From Myxococcales bacterium (GTDB taxonomy: Bacteria > Myxococcota_A > UBA9042), in assembly GCA_037441385.1 (NCBI GenBank), contig JBBISH010000102.1:1-23396 (forward strand): a DNA stretch of 23,396 bases, written 5' to 3'. Under the pieces are notes generated by a model. The model was not told the DNA's origin. It did no database searches and worked only from the letters and a program-made list of their open reading frames with translations. Shown here piece by piece: positions 9,035 to 17,507 of the stretch (position 1 is the stretch's first letter; each line of letters starts with the position of its first letter). The translations under genes were made by a program, and so were the position numbers.

Positions 9035-10470
9035 GGGCGGTGGCGCTGGTGGCTGTGCCCGGTGCGGCGGCGCTGACGGCGCTGGCGTGGCCCAAAGCCG
9101 AGACGCGGCCTTGGCTTTTGCCAGGGACTGCGGTGATCCACGCCGGCTTGGCTCTGTCGCTGCTGGTGGCGCCCACCTCGGTCCAGGCGACCCATTGGCT
9201 GGGCAACGATGTGCTGGCGCGGGCGGTGCTACCGGCGATTTCGCTTCTGTTTTTGCCGGCTTCGCTCTACACGGTGGCCTATTTGCGGCTGCGACCCGAG
9301 CGAGACAACCGGGTCTTTGTCGCCGCCTTGCTCGGCGTGTTGGGGCTGCTGAGCCTGGCGGTGCAGGCGCAACACCTGGGCCTGTTGTGGGTAGCGGCGG
9401 AAGCGGCGACGCTCGTGACCGTGCCGCTGCTGCACTTCAACCGCTCGGCGCGCGCCTACGAGGCCACCTGGAAATACCTCCTGGTCGGTGGCACCGGTTT
9501 GGCCCTGTCGCTCATGGGGTCATTCTGCTTGGGTTACGCGTCGTTCCAAGCGGGCGGTGCGGGCGACCTGACATTTTTGTCACTGGGCAGCCAGGTGCGC
9601 CAGCTGTCGACGCCGTGGCTCACGCTCGCGTGGGTGCTCCTGCTGGCTGGCTACGGGACCAAGATGGGCGTGGCGCCGATGCACACCTGGAAGCCCGACG
9701 CCTATGGCGAGGCCCCGGGCATCGTCGGCGCGGTACTCGCGGGCGGCATGACCACCATGGCCTTTGTCGCCGTGCTGCGGGTGCGGGCGCTGGTCGACGC
9801 GGCGGTCGGGCCGGGTCTGACCAGCCGGACTCTGCTGGGTATTGGCCTGCTGTCGATGGCCCTGGCGGCGCTTTTCCTTTTGCGTACCAAGGATTTCAAG
9901 CGGCTGCTCGCCTACTCGAGCGTGGAGCACATGGGCATCTTGGCCATCGGCGCTGCGCTGGGCCCCCTCGGCACCTTGGGCGCGCTGTACCACACCTGGA
10001 CCAACGCCCTGACCAAGGGGGCTTTGTTCTTTGCAGCCGCCAACTTGCGCAGGGTCGGTGGCGGTCGAACCGCCGACGAGGTGGGCGGCTTGGCGCGCTT
10101 GGCCCCAGCGTCGGTTGGGGTGCTGGTGGCTGGCCTGTTTGCCGTCACCGCCTGCCCGCCGTTTGGCATGTTCTACTCCGAACTGCAGATTTTGCGCGCG
10201 GCCTTTGCCACTGACCACGCCGGCGTCGCCGCATTCTTCTTGTTCTGCCTGCTACTTGCCTTCTTGGGCATGAGCCGCTTGGTGTTCGCCATCGCCTACG
10301 GTCCCACGCGCATCCAGGGCACGTTCGACCCGGCGATGCGCGACCGCGCCGGGGTGATCGTGCCGCCGCTGCTGTGCCTTTTGGCCGCGCTGTGGTTGGG
10401 GGCCGCGCCGCCGTCGCTGCTCACCCAGACCTGGCAGGCGGCCGCGCAGTGGCTGGGAGGGCAGCCATGA
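9031..10470 (+). CDS. hyfF: Ehr/hydrogenase-4 component F-like antiporter subunit
   Basis: EATWKYL, GYGTKMGVAPMHTWKPDAYGEAP, DFKRLLAYSSVEHMG motifs. Confidence 0.92.
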   Translation: MRAVALVAVPGAAALTALAWPKAETRPWLLPGTAVIHAGLALSLLVAPTSVQATHWLGNDVLARAVLPAISLLFLPASLYTVAYLRLRPERDNRVFVAALLGVLGLLSLAVQAQHLGLLWVAAEAATLVTVPLLHFNRSARAYEATWKYLLVGGTGLALSLMGSFCLGYASFQAGGAGDLTFLSLGSQVRQLSTPWLTLAWVLLLAGYGTKMGVAPMHTWKPDAYGEAPGIVGAVLAGGMTTMAFVAVLRVRALVDAAVGPGLTSRTLLGIGLLSMALAALFLLRTKDFKRLLAYSSVEHMGILAIGAALGPLGTLGALYHTWTNALTKGALFFAAANLRRVGGGRTADEVGGLARLAPASVGVLVAGLFAVTACPPFGMFYSELQILRAAFATDHAGVAAFFLFCLLLAFLGMSRLVFAIAYGPTRIQGTFDPAMRDRAGVIVPPLLCLLAALWLGAAPPSLLTQTWQAAAQWLGGQP

Positions 10471-11942
10471 GCGAAGTGCGCGCGTGGCTTGAGAATCCTG
10501 GCGCCCTGCCCTGGCAGGCGGTGCCCGAGCGGACCGCCGATCAGTTGGTGGCCGAGACCGCTGAGGCGCTGCAAGCGGGCGCTCGCCTGTCGGCCTGGTT
10601 GGGCGTGCCCGCCAATGAAGGCGTGGTGATCGTTGCGGTTCTCGCCTTCGACGCGGAGCACCGCCTGGGCGTCGCGCGCAGTCGGCCGCTGCGGGGCGGC
10701 CTGCCGTCGCTGACGCGGCAGTGTGCCGAGGCGCAGTTGTTCGAGCGCGAGCTGTGGGAACTCCATGATCTCACACCGTTGGACCACCCGTGGCTCAAGC
10801 CCGTGCGGCGCATCCCCGGCACCGACGGGGCGCCCGTCCCCTTCTATGCGCTGGACGGCGGCGAGGTGCACGAGGTCGCGGTCGGGCCGGTCCACGCCGG
10901 CATCATCGAACCTGGGCATTTCCGTTTCCAGTGCCAAGGCGAGCAGGTGCGACACCTGGAAATTGCCTTGGGTTATCAGCACCGCGGCGTCGAGGCGGCG
11001 CTGCTGCGTGCCCGACCGCCGGCAGCGTGGGCGATGATCGAGACACTGGCCGGCGACACCAGCATCGGTCACGGCAGCGCCCATGCTTTGCTCCGCGAGG
11101 CGCTCTCTGGGACTCAAGTGCCGGCGCGGGCTCACTATTTGCGGGCGTATGCCTTGGAGCTCGAACGGCTGGCCAACCACACCGGCGACCTGGGCGCCCT
11201 GGCCAACGACGTGGCTTTTCAGCCCACTGCGGCGGCCTGTGGCAAGCTGCGCGGCGATTTCTTGAACCTTACTGCAACCTTGTGCGGCAATCGTTTTGGG
11301 CGTTCCTGGCTGCGGCACGGTGGCGTGCGCTTCGACCTTGACGATGCGCGGCGCCGCGACTCGATCGACCGCCTGCACCAGTCCCTGCACGAGGTCGAAG
11401 ATGCGGCGCGCTGGCTGTGGGCGAGCGGCTCGGTCCGCGCCCGCTTCGACCTCACCGGGCAAGTCGCGGGCGCAATGGCCAAAGAAATCGGTCTGGTGGG
11501 CGTTGCCGGCCGCGCGTCGGGGCGCACTTGCGATGTGCGGGTGGACCACCCGACCGGCGCCTACGTGGCCCTGCCCATGACCGCGCAAGTCGACAGCTTG
11601 GGCGACGTGGCGGCCCGTGCGTCGGTGCGTCGCCACGAGATCCACGAAACGGCCCAGTTTCTGGAACGTTTGCTGAACAACCTGCCGAGCGGCCCAGTGA
11701 CCGAGTCGTCCGCGCCGCTGGCCGGTGACCGGCTGGGTGTGGCACTGGTCGAGGGCTGGCGTGGCGAGATCTGTCACGTTGGCCTGACGAATTCGTCTGG
11801 AGGTTGGCGCAGTTACAAAGTCGTCGATCCCTCGTTCCACAACTGGCTGGGACTGGCGATGGCGCTGCGCGATCAGGCCATCTCGGACTTCCCTCTCTGC
11901 AACAAGAGCTTCAACCTGTCCTATTGCGGACACGACCTGTAG
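10467..11942 (+). CDS. hyfG: Ehr large subunit (NuoC/D-like fusion, HycE/HyfG homologue lacking the NiFe-binding CxxC motifs)
   Basis: FERELWE, HEVAVGPVHAGIIEPGHFRF, LGYQHRGVE, ELERLANH, VEGWRGE, DPSFHNW, SDFPLCNKSFNLSYCGHDL. Confidence 0.9.
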   Translation: MSEVRAWLENPGALPWQAVPERTADQLVAETAEALQAGARLSAWLGVPANEGVVIVAVLAFDAEHRLGVARSRPLRGGLPSLTRQCAEAQLFERELWELHDLTPLDHPWLKPVRRIPGTDGAPVPFYALDGGEVHEVAVGPVHAGIIEPGHFRFQCQGEQVRHLEIALGYQHRGVEAALLRARPPAAWAMIETLAGDTSIGHGSAHALLREALSGTQVPARAHYLRAYALELERLANHTGDLGALANDVAFQPTAAACGKLRGDFLNLTATLCGNRFGRSWLRHGGVRFDLDDARRRDSIDRLHQSLHEVEDAARWLWASGSVRARFDLTGQVAGAMAKEIGLVGVAGRASGRTCDVRVDHPTGAYVALPMTAQVDSLGDVAARASVRRHEIHETAQFLERLLNNLPSGPVTESSAPLAGDRLGVALVEGWRGEICHVGLTNSSGGWRSYKVVDPSFHNWLGLAMALRDQAISDFPLCNKSFNLSYCGHDL

Positions 11943-11946
11943 GGCC

Positions 11947-12720
11947 ATGTATTCGCTTGAGATCCTTGCCCGCCGCCTGCGCATCGGCAGCCAGACCATG
12001 GCGTTTCCCCGCGGTCCGGCGCCGGGTCTGCCCGACCGCCACGGCGGGACATTACGCCTAGATTCAGAGCATTGCGCCGCCACGTGCCGCGCCTGCACCG
12101 AGGTCTGCCCCACGGCCGCCATCGTGCCCGCGGCGCCCACCGTGCTCGATTTGGGCCGCTGCCTGTTCTGTGGCGCGTGCGTCGACGCGTGCCCGAGCGG
12201 TGCCGTTGCCCACACGGGCGATCACCGCATGGCCGCGCGCAGTCTCGCCGATTTGCGCATCGGCGGCCCCCACGGCCACGAGCTGCGGCAGGCCACTGAA
12301 CTGGGCGACGAGCTTCGCCAATTGCTCGGCCGCTCGCTCAAGCTGCGGCAGGTGAGCGCCGGCGGCTGCAACGCCTGCGAAGCCGATCTCAACGTGCTGG
12401 GCACCATCGGCTGGGACCTCGGCCGCTTCGGCATCCAGTTCGTCGCCTCGCCGCGCCACGCCGACGGCCTGGTGCTGACGGGCCCCGTGCCGCCCAACAT
12501 GGCCCTGGGCTTGCGGAAAACCTGGGACGCCATCCCCGGTCCCAAGATCGCCATCGCTGTCGGCGCGTGCGCCATCTCGGGCGGGCCATTCGGCGCCGAG
12601 ACCTGCGGCCACCAAGGCGCGACGGGCACTCCGCTGGCCATCGATCTGTACATCCCGGGCTGCCCGCCACATCCGCTGACGATCCTGGAGGGAATTCTCA
12701 GGGTTCTCAAGCGCTTGTAG
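11947..12720 (+). CDS. hyfI: Ehr small subunit: 2x[4Fe-4S] ferredoxin fused to a NuoB/HyfI-like domain
   Basis: CxxxCxxCxxxCP and CLFCGACVDACP, then GGCNACEAD, SPRHADG, GACAISGG, YIPGCPPHP. Confidence 0.88.
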   Translation: MYSLEILARRLRIGSQTMAFPRGPAPGLPDRHGGTLRLDSEHCAATCRACTEVCPTAAIVPAAPTVLDLGRCLFCGACVDACPSGAVAHTGDHRMAARSLADLRIGGPHGHELRQATELGDELRQLLGRSLKLRQVSAGGCNACEADLNVLGTIGWDLGRFGIQFVASPRHADGLVLTGPVPPNMALGLRKTWDAIPGPKIAIAVGACAISGGPFGAETCGHQGATGTPLAIDLYIPGCPPHPLTILEGILRVLKRL

Positions 12721-12727
12721 TCCACCT

Positions 12728-12880
12728 GGGCATTTCTACCCCGCATTCTTCTCTTTGAACCCAGGTCGTGCTGGTTTGGGGCAGCACGCGTTCGATCCGC
12801 GGCCGCTGTGGCGCCACGATCGGCGTGGTGGCTGCGCCTTGGAAGTCATCGTGCTCGAAATACAGCGGTGCAGAAAGGGG
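12728..12880. repeat. Degenerate element with family C-like ends
   Basis: Starts gggcatttctaccccgcattct (cf. 22869 gggccattctctaccccgcattct); ends gcggtgcagaaa, an imperfect inverse of tttctaccccgc. Confidence 0.4.
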
Positions 12881-12939
12881 ATTTGGCGATTCTCCAGAGC
12901 GTGAAGGTCGGGCCAGCAGTGGCGGCGCGCAACGGCCTC

Positions 12940-12968
12940 TTGACTTTTGGACCGGTCGGTCCTAAAGT
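12940..12968 (+). promoter_or_regulatory. Sigma70-type promoter overlapped by a TetR operator palindrome
   Basis: TTGACT(12940)-17 bp-TAAAGT(12963); inverted repeat acttttggaccg-gt-cggtcctaaagt (11/12 match) spans 12943..12968. Confidence 0.8.
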
Positions 12969-12974
12969 GAGCTC

Positions 12975-13562
12975 ATGACGATCGGCAGACCACTCGAATT
13001 CGATCCCGACGAGGCCCTGGGCGCCGCGGTGCAGGTGTTTTGGTCCAAGGGATACCAGGCCGCCTCCCTGACCGACCTGCTCGAAGCGATGACCTTGTCC
13101 AAGAGCAGCCTCTACCAGGCTTTCGGCGGCAAGCGGGAGCTTTTCGAGCAGAGCGTGGGTCGGTACGTCGACGAACTCTCGGCGGTGATGCTCGCCAGGC
13201 TCGACGCGACCGACTCGGGCCGCCGCTTCATCGAGGAGACCTTCTTTGGCGTTGCCCACACGGCCGGCCAAGCCGCTGGGGGCCGCGGCTGCCTGCTGGC
13301 CAACTCGGCGTCGGAGTTGGGCCAGCGCGACCCGGGCCTGGCTGCGCACGTGGCCCGCGGCATGGAGCGCTTCGCCGCCATCTTTTGCACCGCGATCGAG
13401 CGGGGGCAAGCCGCTGGCGAGATCACCAACGGGATCAGCGCGCCGGTTCTTGCCACCTACCTGCTCGCCTGCATGAACGGCCTGCGCACCATGATCAAAG
13501 CCGGCGCAACCTGCCACGCCGCCTGCGAAGTGTGCGCGTTGATGCTGCGGCCGCTCGACTAA
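12975..13562 (+). CDS. TetR/AcrR-family regulator (NemR/ComR-like, Cys-containing C-domain)
   Basis: GRPLEFDPDEALGAAVQVFWSKGYQAASLTDLLEAMTLSKSSLYQAFGGKRELF HTH; RGCLLANSASEL. Confidence 0.93.
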   Translation: MTIGRPLEFDPDEALGAAVQVFWSKGYQAASLTDLLEAMTLSKSSLYQAFGGKRELFEQSVGRYVDELSAVMLARLDATDSGRRFIEETFFGVAHTAGQAAGGRGCLLANSASELGQRDPGLAAHVARGMERFAAIFCTAIERGQAAGEITNGISAPVLATYLLACMNGLRTMIKAGATCHAACEVCALMLRPLD

Positions 13563-13638
13563 CCGTTCCCTGACAACCCGTGGGCCATTCGGTTCCACCC
13601 GACCGTAGCGATTGCTTGACCACCAAGGAGACCGATCC

Positions 13639-14481
13639 ATGGAGACCGCCGCCGTGCCGAATACGACTAAGACGACCCAACTGCCCTACGACTTCGACCA
13701 CCCCCGGCTGTACCCGGACGTCTTCCACGACATGCACATCGGCAAGGCCGACCTTGGTCCGGGGGATGCCGTCGGTGAGTTCGACCTGCCGACCACAGAG
13801 GGCGGTCGCTTCCGTTCGAGCGACCTCCGCGCCGACGGGCGACCGGTGCTCGTCACCTTTGGCTCGCAGACCTGCCCCATCACGGAGAGCGCGGCCCCCG
13901 GACTGAAGGGGCTCCACGCCCGGTTCGGCCAGAAGATCCGCTTCGTCATGTTGGCCGTCCGCGAGGCCCACCCAGGCGCGAGTATCCCCCAGCCCCACAC
14001 GGCCGCGCAAAAGGCCAGGCACGCCCAGGCCCTCCGCGACCGCCACGCCCTGCCCTTCGAGGTCGCCGTCGACAGCGTCGACGGGGCCCTCCATCGCCGC
14101 TTGGGCTCGCGTCCGTCGAGCGCCTACTTGGTACTCCCAGACGGTACCATCGCCTTCCGCGCCCAGTGGTCCAACGAGATCGACTCGATCGCCTCGGCCC
14201 TGGAAGCCGTCACCAACAACCGGCCGGTGCCCAACCCGACCGTGACCCGCACCTACCCGGCCATGGCAAAGGCGATGGGCTTTGGCGGCCCCGTTCACCA
14301 GGCCGCCGGCAAGGGCGCGACCTTCGACACGTGGAGGATCGCGCCCCCGTTCGGCATGATCATGGCGATCTCGGGGATGCTGTTCTTCTTGCCGGTGGAG
14401 CGGCGCGGCGGCGTCGCCATGGCCGTGATGATGGCCGGTAGCCTGGCCGCCGGCATCGCCGTGGTCCTCGCCTTCTCTTGA
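13639..14481 (+). CDS. Iodothyronine-deiodinase-like thioredoxin-fold protein (Cys form) with C-terminal TM segments
   Basis: AAGGAG RBS; RPVLVTFGSQTCP and VREAHP match the deiodinase FGSxT(U/C)P / EAHP signature; hydrophobic C-terminus. Confidence 0.8.
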   Translation: METAAVPNTTKTTQLPYDFDHPRLYPDVFHDMHIGKADLGPGDAVGEFDLPTTEGGRFRSSDLRADGRPVLVTFGSQTCPITESAAPGLKGLHARFGQKIRFVMLAVREAHPGASIPQPHTAAQKARHAQALRDRHALPFEVAVDSVDGALHRRLGSRPSSAYLVLPDGTIAFRAQWSNEIDSIASALEAVTNNRPVPNPTVTRTYPAMAKAMGFGGPVHQAAGKGATFDTWRIAPPFGMIMAISGMLFFLPVERRGGVAMAVMMAGSLAAGIAVVLAFS

Positions 14482-14527
14482 CCGCCGGCTGCAGGCCTTG
14501 GACCAGCGCGCGGTGCGCGACGTGGAC

Positions 14528-14660
14528 AATGGAATCCTTCTGAATCGGCTCGACAGACTTCGGCGATTCTTCGGGCTCGAAGCGGGGTCTCTGCCTGATT
14601 CTCGCCGGTTGCAGACCGGAGCAGAGAGCCCGCACAGGCGCGAACCAGACGGGGTTCGTA
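14528..14660 (+). mobile_element. MITE family A, diverged full-length copy (133 bp)
   Basis: Collinear with the other copies; ends ...agacggggttcgta followed by TCA. Confidence 0.8.
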
Positions 14661-14794
14661 TCAGGGGCACTCTTTGTGGCAGCACGATGATGCGGATTCC
14701 TTTGGACGCGACCAATTACTGGATATTCGTTGAGTAATTGGCGTGCCGGCCGCGTCTCCAGCTCCAAGCGGACCGCAACCACGGCGCTCATCGT

Positions 14795-15940
14795 CTACAG
14801 CAGCCGTCGCTTCACCAGCGCGAACAGGTCGGCGTTCGTGGGGCGCATCACGCATGGCAGAAAGCCGTGGGCGATTCCCTTGGGGTTGGGGCAATCGCTG
14901 GGATCGGTCATCTCCTGGGTGGTCGTCACGCGCAGGGCGGCCGTCGCTCCCGCGCCGACAAGGGCCTCGTAGAGACCGCTCGCCTGCGACAATGGCACAA
15001 TCGGATCGTTTGGCTCTTGTGCTTGAACGAGCAGGACCTCTCCGCTGGGCGTGCAGGCATGGGCCGTCGGCGAGGCGTCGACGCAACGGTCGCAGGCTCG
15101 GCCGGCGCCACAGGCACCAAGCGGCGTGGCACAAGTGCTGCGGGCCTCCAGATTCACGGCCGACGCGACGGGGCTCGCAGACGCGGCGAACGCCGGCAGG
15201 TCGTAGACGCCCGAGACGCCGACCGCCGCCACGACGCCCGGCGCTGCGTTGCTGCACTGCGGGTCCAGGTCCGCACGGTCGCGCGTCAACGCGGTCATGA
15301 GCGCAAGGTGCGCCCCCGCCGACTCCCCGATGATGCCGATGCGGGTGCCGTCCACACCGTAGTCTGCCGCTCGCTGGGCAATCCACTGCACGGCGCACTT
15401 GACGTCCATCACGTTGTTGGGAAACGCACCGCCTTCCTCGACGAGCCGATACTCGATGTTGAAGGTCGGCACGCCATAGAATTTGGCCCACGCTTGGGCG
15501 TACACCGCGACCGCGTCCCTTCTCCGCTTGCAGTCGGCAAAGCCTCCGCCATGCACGACGACCAGAACCCCGGGCTTCTGCGGCGTCGCCTGCGAGGGCG
15601 GGAGATAGAGATCGCCAACCAGGACGCGACCTCCGCGTGTCGCGTATGCAAGGTTTTCGTGGGCACGGACGCCGTCGAACGCACCGGTGAGAATCGTGTC
15701 CTTTGGGGCAGGGGCCGTAGACGTCGGGCCGCCGGGCTCGGCACATCCCTGGTCGGTGAGAGGCTGGCCGTCCTCTGTCCACGCACAAGACGCCGTCTCA
15801 GCGCCGTCCGCGCCGCCCACCTCGGGGTTGCCCGCATCGCCGTCGGCGACGGCCACGGAGTGGGCGCCAGGTTGGGCCTCTTCTGGGGTGCACTGAACAC
15901 CGCAGAGCAGCGCGGTCGCGACAAGGATCCTTCGCTTCAT
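14795..15940 (-). CDS. Exported alpha/beta hydrolase (HSL/BD-FAE-type esterase), probable lipoprotein
   Basis: VVHGGGF oxyanion motif, GESAG nucleophile elbow, NDPIVP, AHGF; signal peptide MKRRILVATALLCGVQC. Alternative start at 15970. Confidence 0.88.
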   Translation of the reverse strand: MKRRILVATALLCGVQCTPEEAQPGAHSVAVADGDAGNPEVGGADGAETASCAWTEDGQPLTDQGCAEPGGPTSTAPAPKDTILTGAFDGVRAHENLAYATRGGRVLVGDLYLPPSQATPQKPGVLVVVHGGGFADCKRRRDAVAVYAQAWAKFYGVPTFNIEYRLVEEGGAFPNNVMDVKCAVQWIAQRAADYGVDGTRIGIIGESAGAHLALMTALTRDRADLDPQCSNAAPGVVAAVGVSGVYDLPAFAASASPVASAVNLEARSTCATPLGACGAGRACDRCVDASPTAHACTPSGEVLLVQAQEPNDPIVPLSQASGLYEALVGAGATAALRVTTTQEMTDPSDCPNPKGIAHGFLPCVMRPTNADLFALVKRRLL

Positions 15941-15979
15941 CGAGTCGGTTCGCGCGACGGCTGCGCGCATGGCCCACTC

Positions 15980-16009
15980 AACCTATGTCGGTGTGGTCGT
16001 ATTCGTCAA
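15980..16009 (-). promoter_or_regulatory. Candidate sigma70 promoter for the hydrolase
   Basis: Minus strand TTGACG-18 bp-TAGGTT just upstream of the gene. Confidence 0.4.
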
Positions 16010-16100
16010 CCGGCAAGCGGGCACGCCCAGAAGTTCCGGCTCACTCGGCAAGCTACGTCTCTTACCTCACGAGCGGCGCCCCGCCTGGAGTTCGACTGGG

Positions 16101-16352
16101 GGGCATCTTCTACCCATTCTTCTCCCAGACAATTTGGGCGTCCCGGACCGGCGACGATGGGCGCTGGAGGAGTCGGCAAGCGCTTGCGCCGGCCCGTCGC
16201 GCTCCGGCCGCCGGTCGAAGCAGGGGCAGGCGAAATCCGAAGTGGCCTGCTCCCGGCGGTGGCGACGCTCCGCCGCGCCGCCACCCCAGCGGGGCCTGGA
16301 TCGCTGACGCGGGCGGGGAATTCGCAGTGGTTCTGATGGGTAGAAAGTGCCC
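16101..16352 (+). mobile_element. Family C TIR element (~250 bp), complete
   Basis: 17-bp TIR GGGCATCTTCTACCCAT / ATGGGTAGAAAGTGCCC (15/17); internal blocks tttgggcgtcccgg, gctcccggcggtggcg, cgccgccacccc and atcgctgacgcggg shared with the 20344 and 22869 copies. Confidence 0.75.
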
Positions 16353-16436
16353 GGTAGGAAGTGCCCGGCATTGGTTGCAGGCCGGTGGGGTAGGCGTCCC
16401 TGCCTTACCGGTTGCTGTCTCTGCCGCCGCGTCGAA

Positions 16437-16624
16437 TGGCCCTCACCCCCGGCCTACGGCCGCCCCCTCTCCCACTGAAGTGGGCGAGGGGTAAAGGGAA
16501 ATTGCATTGCCCCTCGCCCAAAGCGTTGGGAGAGGAGGGGTCCCCGCGGTGAGCGAAGCGAACAAGTGGCGCCAGCGGCGCCGGGAGAGCGGGGCTGCCG
16601 CCGCAGGCGGCGGGGTGAGGGCCA
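16437..16624. repeat. REP-like long hairpin of the CCCTCACCCC...CCTCTCCC / GGGAGAGG...GGGGTGAGGG type
   Basis: Perfect 13-bp terminal IR tggccctcacccc/ggggtgagggcca; inner IR gggcgagggg/cccctcgccc; lies 70 bp downstream of the 17414..16695 gene. Confidence 0.8.
16537..16594 (+). repeat. Family D micro-element, copy 3 (inside the REP-like hairpin)
   Basis: ggggtccccgcggtgagcgaagcgaacaagtggcgccagcggcgccgggagagcgggg: same ends and hairpin order as D1 (reverse complement) and D2; breaks the host's symmetry. Confidence 0.6.
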
Positions 16625-16694
16625 AGTGCCAAGGATCGCACAGGTTTCCAACACACTTACGGCGTCAGTAGCTATCCGGTAAGCCAGGTACGCG

Positions 16695-17414
16695 TCACTC
16701 CCCCAAAGCCGCCAACACCCGCTCGGCCAGCGCCTTCCACGCTCGGGCGCGCTCGCGGTTGACCTGGCGCTGCCGCTCGCCCCAGCCCGCGGCCTCGGCG
16801 GCGATGCGCTCGGCGTCGAGGCCCTGGAACGCCTTGTGCGCCGCCGCCAAATGCCGAACCGTGGTCGAGGTGCGCTTGCGACCGCGGCGCGGCTTGTCGG
16901 CCGGGAACGTCTTGGCGATCGCCTCGCTCAGCTGCCGCGCCGTCAGCTCTTCGGCGATGGCGACCTCGGCCATCTGCTGGCGCCGCGCCGGGTCGGCAAG
17001 GGGCAGCAGCACGCGGTGGTGGTCGACGCTGAGGCTCCAGGCGGTCTGGGCGTCCATGTGCAGCAGCTGCTCGCCCACGCGCACCAGCACCCGCAGCGCG
17101 TCGGCCGACATCGCTAGGTCGGGGTGCAGACACAGCGCCTCGAAGGCTGGGCGCTTGCTGTGGCGCGGGTTGGTGTACAGGTCCCAACGGCCGTCGCAGA
17201 ACTCGTCGAGCACATAGCGGTGGACCTCGACCGCGGTGCGCAGCCCGGCGTGCAGCGTGGTGCGGTTGAGGGTGCGGACGGCTTGCTCGACCTGGGCTTG
17301 CTCGGCCGCGGGCAAGGCGCTGAACAGCGACTCGAAGGTCGGGAGCGGTCGGGCCGGCGGGCGGCCGTGGTGGGTGGTGGGCACAAGCTCTCCGGTGGGT
17401 GTCGGGCTGGTCAT
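16695..17414 (-). CDS. Hypothetical DNA-binding protein, DUF1016 N-terminal (YhcG_N)-like, no nuclease domain
   Basis: AGGAG RBS; LSVDHHRVLLPLADPARRQQMAEVAIAEELTARQLSEAI resembles the LSWSHH..LL...D...R..Y...A....WSVRxL motif; basic patch KPRRGRKR. Confidence 0.7.
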   Translation of the reverse strand: MTSPTPTGELVPTTHHGRPPARPLPTFESLFSALPAAEQAQVEQAVRTLNRTTLHAGLRTAVEVHRYVLDEFCDGRWDLYTNPRHSKRPAFEALCLHPDLAMSADALRVLVRVGEQLLHMDAQTAWSLSVDHHRVLLPLADPARRQQMAEVAIAEELTARQLSEAIAKTFPADKPRRGRKRTSTTVRHLAAAHKAFQGLDAERIAAEAAGWGERQRQVNRERARAWKALAERVLAALGE

Positions 17415-17507
17415 GGCTGCTCCTGGGCGGTGCGGTGGTTGCGCTCGATGCCCTGGCGGTCATGGTGGCGCACGGCGAAGATTTTGTCCAAGTGGCTGCG
17501 ACCCCGT

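Noticed and set aside
10467..11942. Call as a true [NiFe] hydrogenase-4 / formate hydrogenlyase
   Set aside because: Both Ni-binding CxxC motifs are missing; the hyf symbols indicate homology only.
10296..12215. 639-aa antisense ORF (likewise 14738..16336 and 17836..19050)
   Set aside because: Shadow frames of well-supported genes in high-GC DNA, with no recognisable motifs.
13860..13880. Selenoprotein deiodinase
   Set aside because: The active-site codon is TGC (Cys), with no in-frame TGA.
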